The translations under genes were made by a program, and so were the position numbers. A stretch of DNA of 64,000 nucleotides from Chthoniobacterales bacterium (GTDB lineage Bacteria > Verrucomicrobiota > Verrucomicrobiia > Chthoniobacterales > JACTMZ01), in assembly GCA_044359955.1 (NCBI GenBank), contig JBIKLF010000014.1:41-64040 (forward strand), in the 5' to 3' direction. The notes beneath the pieces were generated by a model, which saw nothing but the letters and a program-made list of their open reading frames with translations, was not told the origin of the DNA and did no database searches. Below, in pieces: positions 38,228 to 45,889 of the stretch. Numbering within the stretch: position 1 is the stretch's first letter; each line of letters begins with the position of its first letter.

Positions 38228-39919
38228 ATGAGCACATCAACCGGAACACTGATCGGCCACGTCATCGACGTTCGAGGCGATGGATTGACCGCCAATCTTT
38301 TGGCCGACGAGCAAGACGCGGCTCCGAAGATCACCGTCGGCGACGAGGATGTCTTGGTCGGACAACTCGGCTCGTATGTATCGGTTCGGCAAGGCTCAGT
38401 TCGGATTCTTTGCGTCGTCACGCGGGTTTCAGAACTAGAGAAGTTGGCCGATACAAACAACGCATCACCCGACGCGCCAGTCGTCACCTACGCACAGCGG
38501 GCCATCGCACTAATTCCAATCGGCAGCGTGTCAGTCGAAGGCGAGTTTGAACGTGGCGTCAGCAGCTATCCCACAACCGGGGCTGAGGTGCATGTTGTGG
38601 CGGGCAACGAACTGGGCACGATGTTCAGTAAATTTAGAGCGCAGGGCTATGTGGTTGGAAACCTGTCTTCACAGCCTTCCGTTAAGGTCTGCCTTGAGCC
38701 GTCACGTCTTTTCGGGCGCCACTTCGCAATCCTCGGCCAAACTGGAGCAGGCAAATCTTGGGCCGTTGCAAGTCTCATCCAGCAGGCGCTCGCCGTCATG
38801 CCAAAGGCTCACATCATCATCTTGGATCTGCACGGCGAGTATTGCTGGCTTAAACCGGATGGGGAACGAGACGCCGCCTTCAAGGAAGAACATTTTCGAT
38901 ACGTCGATGCCAAAGAATTGGAGATGCCATATTGGCTCATGACTTATTCCGAGCTTTGCGACCTGTTGATCGATCACTCGGAACGGGAGGCCGCAAATCA
39001 AACAGCGTTCTTCAGAGACACTCTCTTTGATTTGAAGCAAGCTGAGAAGAACTCGCTCGGCTTAGACCGAGTCACGATTGATACGCCGGTGTATTTTTCT
39101 TTGGAAGAACTACTTCGACAAACAACCGACAAGAATACTGAGCGCTCACGCAACCCAGAAACTAATCGAATGAATAATGGGCCTTTGTATGGGACTTTTG
39201 ACCGATTTCTAATACGCCTTCAAAGCAAGCTCAATGACGTTCGATACGACTTCCTGTTGAAGCCCCAAAAAAGGACGACATCCGCTTCGCTTGCGGAACT
39301 TCTCCGAGATTTCGTTGGTTTGGGTGACCCCAAGCGGCCCGTGACCGTAATTGACCTCAGCACGGTTCCATTTGATGTTAGGCCAACAGTTGCGGCCCAG
39401 ATTGGGCGGCTCGCATTCGAGTTCAATTTTTGGAACCCGCAATACCGGGAGCTTCCGCTGCTGCTTGTCTGTGAGGAGGCCCACGCCTACGTCAAGCGGC
39501 AACATGACTCCCAATTTGCCGGTGCCCGGAAGTCCATGGAAAGAATCGCCAAAGAAGGGCGCAAATACGGCGTTGGTTTGGCGGTGGTGAGCCAACGACC
39601 CCACGAGCTCTCTGAGACGGTTCTTGCGCAATGCGGCACGTTCCTATGTCTCCGCATTACCAACCCCGACGACCAGTCATACGTGAAAAGCCTCGTGCCG
39701 GAGGGTGAGCGCGGCTTGGTGGACATTCTCGCTGGCTTGGGAAGAGGCGAGTGCTTGGCGCTTGGGGAGGCAGTTCCGCTGCCGACGCGCTTCAAGTTCA
39801 ACAAGCCCGCACCATTCCCGAACAGCGAGGACATAGACTTTTACAACAAATGGAAAGACGGCCCAGATGACATCGATGTCGAGAGCATCGTTGACCGTTG
39901 GAGAAAGCAACAGAGATAG
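38228..39919 (+). CDS. HerA/DUF87-type hexameric ATPase (partner of SIR2)
   Basis: 563 aa. N-terminal HAS-barrel-like IGHVIDVRGD...VGQLGSYVSV, Walker A AILGQTGAGKSWA, Walker B-like LLLVCEEAHAYV, VSQRP. Confidence 0.9.
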   Translation: MSTSTGTLIGHVIDVRGDGLTANLLADEQDAAPKITVGDEDVLVGQLGSYVSVRQGSVRILCVVTRVSELEKLADTNNASPDAPVVTYAQRAIALIPIGSVSVEGEFERGVSSYPTTGAEVHVVAGNELGTMFSKFRAQGYVVGNLSSQPSVKVCLEPSRLFGRHFAILGQTGAGKSWAVASLIQQALAVMPKAHIIILDLHGEYCWLKPDGERDAAFKEEHFRYVDAKELEMPYWLMTYSELCDLLIDHSEREAANQTAFFRDTLFDLKQAEKNSLGLDRVTIDTPVYFSLEELLRQTTDKNTERSRNPETNRMNNGPLYGTFDRFLIRLQSKLNDVRYDFLLKPQKRTTSASLAELLRDFVGLGDPKRPVTVIDLSTVPFDVRPTVAAQIGRLAFEFNFWNPQYRELPLLLVCEEAHAYVKRQHDSQFAGARKSMERIAKEGRKYGVGLAVVSQRPHELSETVLAQCGTFLCLRITNPDDQSYVKSLVPEGERGLVDILAGLGRGECLALGEAVPLPTRFKFNKPAPFPNSEDIDFYNKWKDGPDDIDVESIVDRWRKQQR

Positions 39920-39934
39920 ACTGTTTGTGATGAA

Positions 39935-40945
39935 ATGAAACATAAGCCACTTAATCAAAGCCTTAGCGCCGCTAAGGCGACCAAGCAGGATGAGTTTTAC
40001 ACTCAGCTTTCGGATATCGAAAAGGAACTCCGTCATTACACGAAGCACTTCAATGGCAAGACCGTCTTGTGCAACTGCGATGACCCACGCGTCAGCAACT
40101 TCTTCCACTACTTCTCCCACAATTTTGAGAAGCTAAAGCTAAAGAAACTCATCACCACCTGCTACAAGAACCAAGACGTCGACCTCTTCAGCACCCACAA
40201 GGCAGAACGCGGGGTCTATCTCGAATACAACGGCGACAAAGACGGCAACCGTGTCCCAGACCCGGCAGAGATCGGCGTCCATCCCTTTAAGGGTGATGGC
40301 GATTTCCGCAGCGAGGAATGTATCGCGCTACTCAAGCAAGCCGACATCGTGGTCACCAATCCTCCGTTCTCGCTGTTTAGGGAATATGTCCAGCAGCTCC
40401 TTAAGTATGGCAAAAAGTTTCTTATCATCGGCAACCAAGGCGCGATTAGTTACAGAGAGATTTTTGAAGCTATTAAACGAAACGAGATGTGGCTCGGATA
40501 TACTCATCCCGTCGCGTTTGTTGTTCCAGACCATTATGAGATGCGCGAGGTTAGAAGCTGGCGCGACGAAAGTGGCACGAACTGGCGGAGTTTAGGAAAT
40601 GCCTGTTGGTTCACTAACCTGGATATCCAAAAGCGACACGAAGAGCTGGTTGCTATTAAGCCATATGATCCACTCTCACACCCGCACTATGACAACTACA
40701 ACGCCGTCGAAGTTTCCAGATACAAGGATATACCAACCAATTACGACGGCGTGATGGGCGTGCCTGTAACTTTTCTTGAGTATTACAATCCAGAGCAGTT
40801 CGAGATTGTCGGGTCGGATTACGAAGTGCGGCAGGGCCAGTTGCCTGAAATTCTAAAGGGAGGATGGAACGGAAAGATTGACCGCGGATACGTCAAAGGG
40901 AAGCGGCTGTTCGCGCGAATACTCATACGCCGAAAGACCAAATAG
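39935..40945 (+). CDS. EcoRI_methylase-family N6-adenine DNA methyltransferase
   Basis: 336 aa. AKATKQDEFYT, GKTVLCNCDDP, catalytic IVVTNPPFSLF. Confidence 0.85.
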   Translation: MKHKPLNQSLSAAKATKQDEFYTQLSDIEKELRHYTKHFNGKTVLCNCDDPRVSNFFHYFSHNFEKLKLKKLITTCYKNQDVDLFSTHKAERGVYLEYNGDKDGNRVPDPAEIGVHPFKGDGDFRSEECIALLKQADIVVTNPPFSLFREYVQQLLKYGKKFLIIGNQGAISYREIFEAIKRNEMWLGYTHPVAFVVPDHYEMREVRSWRDESGTNWRSLGNACWFTNLDIQKRHEELVAIKPYDPLSHPHYDNYNAVEVSRYKDIPTNYDGVMGVPVTFLEYYNPEQFEIVGSDYEVRQGQLPEILKGGWNGKIDRGYVKGKRLFARILIRRKTK

Positions 40946-42031
40946 ATGAAAATCGACCTAAACGAAATCAAAGTCAGGGAACTCTTTGAAGACTTCGAAG
41001 ACAATGCCGAGGCCGGTGTCGTCGGATTTGGCGGGAAGCTCGACATTCGTCCGCCCTACCAGCGCGAGTTTATTTACAAAGACAAGCAGCGCGACGCGGT
41101 GATTGACACGGTGCGGAAGAACTACCCGCTGAATGTGATGTATTGGGCGGTGCGGGAGGATGGAAAGTTGGAGGTGATTGACGGTCAGCAGCGCACGCTT
41201 TCGATCTGCCAATATGTGAACGGCGACTTTTCCATCGGCGGGCTGGCCTTTCACAACCTGCAGGACGACCAGCAACAGCAAATCCTCGACTACAAGCTGA
41301 TGGTCTATTTCTGCTCCGGCACGGATAGCGAGAAGCTGGAGTGGTTTAAGACGATCAACATCGCGGGAGAGGAATTGACCGCGCAGGAACTCCGTAATGC
41401 CGTCTATGCCGGGCCGTGGACGGCAGATGCGAAGCGATATTTCAGCAAGACAGGCTGCGCGGCCTATGGTCTGGGCAGCGACTACCTCAAGGGCAGCCCG
41501 ATCCGGCAGGAATATCTGGAGACGGCCATCGAGTGGCACGCAGCAGGCGAAACAATCGAGGACTACATGTCGAAGCACCAGCACGACGAGAATGCCGGTG
41601 AAATATGGCATTACTTCCAAAGCGTCATCGCGTGGGTGAAGGCGACGTTCCCAAAATATCGCAAGGAGATGAAGGGAGGTGACTGGGGCGGCCTCTACAA
41701 CAAGTTCAAAGGTGCAAAGGTGAACCCGGACACGCTGGAAAAGCAGGTCGCCAAGCTGATGATGGACGATGACGTGACGAAGAAATCGGGCATTTACCCG
41801 TATGTGCTGGACGGGAAGGAAAGCCACCTCAGCATCCGCGCCTTCACAGACAACAACAAACGTGAAGCGTATGAGCGGCAAAAAGGGAAATGTCCGGTCT
41901 GCAAAATGCACTTTGAGATCGAAGGCATGGAAGCCGACCACATCACGCCATGGCACGCGGGTGGGAAAACCATCGCAGCGAATTGCCAGATGCTCTGCAA
42001 AGACGACAATCGAAAGAAGTCGGGGATATAG
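40946..42031 (+). CDS. DUF262 (GmrSD N-terminal, ParB-like) domain fused to a C-terminal HNH endonuclease
   Basis: 361 aa. IRPPYQREFIY, VIDGQQRTLSI, C-terminal CPVCKMHF...ADHITPWHAGGKTIAANCQMLCKDDNRKKS. It starts on the nucleotide after the MTase stop. Confidence 0.88.
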   Translation: MKIDLNEIKVRELFEDFEDNAEAGVVGFGGKLDIRPPYQREFIYKDKQRDAVIDTVRKNYPLNVMYWAVREDGKLEVIDGQQRTLSICQYVNGDFSIGGLAFHNLQDDQQQQILDYKLMVYFCSGTDSEKLEWFKTINIAGEELTAQELRNAVYAGPWTADAKRYFSKTGCAAYGLGSDYLKGSPIRQEYLETAIEWHAAGETIEDYMSKHQHDENAGEIWHYFQSVIAWVKATFPKYRKEMKGGDWGGLYNKFKGAKVNPDTLEKQVAKLMMDDDVTKKSGIYPYVLDGKESHLSIRAFTDNNKREAYERQKGKCPVCKMHFEIEGMEADHITPWHAGGKTIAANCQMLCKDDNRKKSGI

Positions 42032-42282
42032 TCAGCGGCAAGAGTTTGCCCAATGCTAGCTTCATCGGCTTCACCCCCAAGCCAAAGGGGTCAGGCCTAT
42101 AATTTAAACATTCCCGATTCCTCTCGCGCGGTCAGCCCACCCCGGATGTCACGCCGCTGGGCGGAGGGGGCTGCCGGCACAACTACCAAGCCCGCAAAAC
42201 CGGCTAATTCCAAAGTATTGTTGTGCGATGGGAAGTTCTCGCCATTCTCCAGGACAAGCCACCACATTAATGCTCTTAAAAA

Positions 42283-43464
42283 ATGCCCAGTCGCCAACCC
42301 TTCCCTGACCTCACGCGCGCCGTTGCCCTCTTCGGCATCGGCGTGGTCAACGTGTTCCTTTTCGCCCAACCGCTCACCGCCAGCTTCGGCCTTGATGACC
42401 AGAGCTCGCCACTCGACATCGGCGCATTATTCCTCGTTTCGGCGTTGTTTGTCAGTAAGTCCTACACGCTGTTTGCTTTCATGTTCGGCGCGGGCGTCGG
42501 GCAACAGATGCAAACCGCGGCGGCCGATGGCACGAGTTTTAGTGCGCGGCACGCGCGGCGAATGCTGGGCTTGATTCTGCTGGGCCTGCTCAACATTTGG
42601 CTGCTATTCTACGGCGACATCCTGATCGTCTATGGTCTGCTGGGGTTTTTGTTGATTCTCTTCTGCGGACTGAGCGCGCCCGCGCTACGGCGCTGGGCCA
42701 TCGTCATCTACTCGATTCAGGTTCTCTTCTTTCTGCTCTGCAGCGGCATTTGTTGGGCGCTCGATGTCCTCGCTCCTGAGGAGGCGGCAAAAGCATTGGC
42801 CGAGCTCGATGCGGAAGCGGCGCGCCGCACCACCGGATTCAGCGCCGCGGCTTTCTCGATTGTCGCCGCGACACGCTTTGCGGCATGGGCAACCGATATG
42901 CCTCTGGTGTTGGCGCAAGTAGGTCTCGGCTTTCTCGCCTTCATGCTCTTCGGACTGTCCGCCCTGAAGTCCGGTGCACTCGAAAACCTCGATGCGCCGA
43001 TCTGGTCGCGGAGCCGTCGCGTTTTTCTGCCTCTCGGCATGGTCATCAGTGCTTGGGGTGCCTGGCACATCGTGCAGAGCGAAAGCCTGTTCGATCCCAC
43101 TTTCATGTGGGGCTATACGCTAATCACGATCGGCGCGCCATTTTCCACCATGGGTTACCTCGGATGGCTCGCGTTCTGGTCTCGCGGTCCCGGGTCGGCG
43201 CTACGTGGATTCCTCGCCCGCGCCGGGGGCGGATCGCTCACCGCGTATTTGCTGCAAGGTTTGCTGATGTCGCTCGTCTTCTGCGGCTACGGCCTTGGAC
43301 TCTATGGCCTGTCGAGCGCCGCCGCGGTGGTGCTGATCGGCAGTGCGGCGGCCGTGGTCTCCCTGCTGTTCGTCGGGTGGTGGCGCGGACGTCATGCCCT
43401 CGGTCCCGTCGAAACGCTCCTGCGCCGCTGGGTTTACTTGGGCGGACAGCACACCCGAAGCTAA
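42283..43464 (+). CDS. DUF418 (YeiB-like) polytopic membrane protein
   Basis: 393 aa. Multiple helices and the C-terminal signature GGSLTAYLLQGLLMSLVFCGYGLGLYG...GPVETLLRRWVY. Confidence 0.85.
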   Translation: MPSRQPFPDLTRAVALFGIGVVNVFLFAQPLTASFGLDDQSSPLDIGALFLVSALFVSKSYTLFAFMFGAGVGQQMQTAAADGTSFSARHARRMLGLILLGLLNIWLLFYGDILIVYGLLGFLLILFCGLSAPALRRWAIVIYSIQVLFFLLCSGICWALDVLAPEEAAKALAELDAEAARRTTGFSAAAFSIVAATRFAAWATDMPLVLAQVGLGFLAFMLFGLSALKSGALENLDAPIWSRSRRVFLPLGMVISAWGAWHIVQSESLFDPTFMWGYTLITIGAPFSTMGYLGWLAFWSRGPGSALRGFLARAGGGSLTAYLLQGLLMSLVFCGYGLGLYGLSSAAAVVLIGSAAAVVSLLFVGWWRGRHALGPVETLLRRWVYLGGQHTRS

Positions 43465-43614
43465 ACGCGCGTGCTCGACCGGCGCGTCTGAGTCCGCGTT
43501 TTTTGGCCAAGCCTGTCACTTGCGCATCCCGCCGAACTGCTCTGCGCCGAATGGGCCGCTTAGTCAGCCCGGCTCGCCGGTTGACGTAATAACATGGGTG
43601 CTTACGCTGGCGTC

Positions 43615-44030
43615 ATGTCCGACCAACTCCGCAGCGGAAAGAGGGCGGCTGGCTGAGCTTACTTGCGACATTCTCACAGACTCGGGGCGCCTGACCGGGC
43701 CAATCCATTCGCCGCATGTGGTCAAGGCGGTGGCTGATTTGGTTCGAGAGATGAATTCCTACTCCTCGAATCTGATCGAGGGGCTCAAAACCACCCCGCG
43801 CGAGATCGGGCGGGCCTTGCACAACGTCAAAACCCAGAGCGGCTGAACTTACCGGATCATTCCGGGCATGTTGCGGGGATTTCATGGTGGACGCCGGACG
43901 TGACACGCCCCCGGATTTTTCCGCTCTACCGGACTTTCTCGAGCACTAGCTTCAATTTTACGGCAGCCCAGACATCCCGCCGACCGAGCGACTCAACGCC
44001 ACCACCGCCGCCTCACGCTGGATTCAAGGA
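43615..44030 (+). pseudogene. Fic/DOC-family gene remnant (frameshifted, truncated before the HPFxxGNG core)
   Basis: MSDQLRSGK in one frame. Then RGRLAELT...VREMNSYSSNLIEGLKTTPREIGRAL (a Fic N-terminal-type block) in the frame of track ORF 43343..43846. Further scraps sit in a third frame. No Fic motif is found. Confidence 0.4.
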
Positions 44031-44257
44031 TGCTCGTTCGAAAAAGCCACCTGCTCGCGCACGATGACATTGGCCATGACCGCCCGTTCGAGGATCAAGA
44101 TCATGTAACGATGGCGTGACATCCCGGATGCTTCCGCTAACTCGTCGAGGCGCTTGATCGTCTGGGGGGTCAACTGCACGGCAATTGCCCGTGTTTTTCT
44201 CACCGTATTCACAATAACAAGGATAAATTGGCCCAGAGCGGCTGGTCGCGCAAGCAT
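44024..44257 (-). CDS. Ribbon-helix-helix (CopG/Arc-like) protein, orphan
   Basis: 77-aa ORF. AIAVQLTPQTIKRLDELAEASGMSRHRYMILILERAV is a typical RHH strand-helix-helix. The true start is probably internal. Confidence 0.55.
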   Translation of the reverse strand: MLARPAALGQFILVIVNTVRKTRAIAVQLTPQTIKRLDELAEASGMSRHRYMILILERAVMANVIVREQVAFSNEHP

Positions 44258-44320
44258 GGAGAAAGCCGCAGGTCAGCACCAAAAGCATTTTCAATTCCTA
44301 TCGTTTTGATATAAATTTCT

Positions 44321-44497
44321 ATGAGAATGGCGACCAAGCACGACGCTGAAAAAGAAACTGTCCTCGTCCACGACATCTCCCCGGAATTGGAGCAGGAGTT
44401 GATCCGCCGGGCGCAGATGCGACACCGTGATGCTGGCACCGAGGCCTCGGAAATCATCGCGCGCCACGTTAGCGAAGAAGACGGCGGCATCGCTTAA
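44321..44497 (+). CDS. Small RHH antitoxin-like protein (FitA/VapB-style), no cognate toxin downstream
   Basis: 58 codons, below the ORF-track cut-off, translated by hand: MRMATKHDAEKETVLVHDISPELEQELIRRAQMRHRDAGTEASEIIARHVSEEDGGIA. An AT-rich promoter-like stretch lies just upstream. Confidence 0.45.
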   Translation: MRMATKHDAEKETVLVHDISPELEQELIRRAQMRHRDAGTEASEIIARHVSEEDGGIA

Positions 44498-44895
44498 ACC
44501 TCCCTTTCCGGCTCTCCATGCAGAGCCTGCAGTCGTTCATCGATCCAGCGCGGATCGCCGAACAAGGGTTCCTCCGTCTCGCTCCCGCGGACCGCGTCAC
44601 CTGCCGCGCCCACGCCGTTGCCAAAATTGTCGGGGATTTGCATCAGCGGCAAGATGATGCCGCGGGACCCGGCCCGCCATGGGGTGAAGACCCGGCAGCC
44701 GGCGAGCACAGCGTGCGCGACCATGGGACGATGAAAAAACCAAAACACTGGTCCCAATCCCACGAACGTGTTCACGTCCCGGCCGAAGACCGCGCACGCG
44801 CTTGGTCCGGCAAAACCACCGACAGCAAAGTCCGCAGCGAAGGCCGCTACCTCGCCGCACTCGAAGCCAAAGCCGGCCCCAAACGCGCTTACCAA
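44494..44895 (-). CDS. Hypothetical protein
   Basis: 133-aa ORF with GC-rich third positions where I checked. I recognise no family. Start uncertain. Confidence 0.3.
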   Translation of the reverse strand: MVSAFGAGFGFECGEVAAFAADFAVGGFAGPSACAVFGRDVNTFVGLGPVFWFFHRPMVAHAVLAGCRVFTPWRAGSRGIILPLMQIPDNFGNGVGAAGDAVRGSETEEPLFGDPRWIDERLQALHGEPEREV

Positions 44896-45015
44896 GCCAG
44901 CGAAGCGAAAACAGACCGCAAAGTCTTAGCCTCCGCTAAGCCGTAACCATGCAAAAGCCGCGGCGATTGACGGGCTGCAGCAAAAGGCCATTGTGTTTCG
45001 ACTTTCGCTCAGCGG

Positions 45016-45082
45016 GTAGGGACGAGCGGCCCGCTCGTCCGCTCCCCAACCAACGGACGCGCGAGCCGCGCGACCCTCCCTA
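45016..45082. repeat. Paired-hairpin palindromic element, family 1, copy 2 (inside composite repeat ~44926..45135)
   Basis: GTAGGGACGAGCGGCCCGCTCGTCC GCTCCCCAACCAAC GGACGCGCGAGCCGCGCGACC..., nearly identical to 48994..49057. Confidence 0.85.
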
Positions 45083-45698
45083 AGTCTGCACATTCTAAGC
45101 CCGTCACGATCAGACCATACGGCCTCCGGTTCCGCTTTCCGGTCTCCATCTCCCCCTTCATCCTTCATCCTTCAAACTTCATCCTTCTCGTCCCGCCGTA
45201 GCCGTTCGCCTCGGCGAACGCAAAGGCGGATCCCCCCGTGCCCCCTGGACAAACCGATCCCAACCGCGTCCGGCACAACGTCATCTTCTTCCATCTTCTT
45301 CAATCCGTGGCCTGTCTCCTCCCCGGCTCCGGACTCCCCGCTCCTCCGCTCTTTCACAGCCACCACCACTCCTCCACGGCGCGCTCGTATCCCCGGCGCG
45401 CCGCGGCTCCCGGTGACCACTCGGCCAGGCTGGCGCCACCGCCTTGTGCCGGCCCCGGCGTTTTCCAACGCCCGGAGTCCGCTTTGGTTTCTTCGATTGC
45501 ATCTTCCTTTTTCCGCTCCGACCCACGTTTTGCTTCGTCATGCGTTTTCATCAGGCCAAGCAAACAACGATCACGCGCCCCCCGCGATAGGGAGTTCACC
45601 TGACCGTAGCCCTCCTCGCACACGGGGCATGCTCTATGGGCAATAGACCCCACAGATGCCCGTCGCCCCGTCATCCTATGCTCGCCGTTGTGAGTCCG

Positions 45699-45884
45699 AT
45701 GTATTCCGAACTGCGCGAAATGCAGGCCGCCCACCGGGCCGAAGTCGGCGCATTGCGTGAAATGCTCGCCGAGCACCGTCCCGCCGAAGGCGACAACCTC
45801 GATGCCGGCACCTCCGACCGGATGCGCAGCACGGTCAGCAATATTCTCCGCCTCCAACGCCTCATCGCACGGCTCGACGAATAA
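45699..45884 (+). CDS. Small coiled-coil hypothetical protein upstream of the diguanylate cyclase
   Basis: Part of ORF 45636..45884, read from Met22 (MYSELREMQAAHRAEVGALREML...). It ends 5 nt before the next gene. Weak support. Confidence 0.3.
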   Translation: MYSELREMQAAHRAEVGALREMLAEHRPAEGDNLDAGTSDRMRSTVSNILRLQRLIARLDE

Positions 45885-45889
45885 CCTTT

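Noticed and set aside
40958-41956. 332-aa stop-free ORF antisense to the DUF262-HNH gene, in the AT-richer island
   Set aside because: It is more surprising than the high-GC shadows, but the sense strand carries unambiguous DGQQR and HNH motifs and the antisense product matches nothing I recognise. It is probably a codon-bias artefact. I cannot fully exclude an overlapping gene.
45354-45857. 167-aa minus-strand ORF, and the embedded 65-aa MKTHDEAKRGSERKK... ORF, in the long gap before the cyclase gene
   Set aside because: No family resemblance. The composition is mixed. Its upstream part lies antisense to my tentative 45699..45884 small CDS. Support is insufficient either way.
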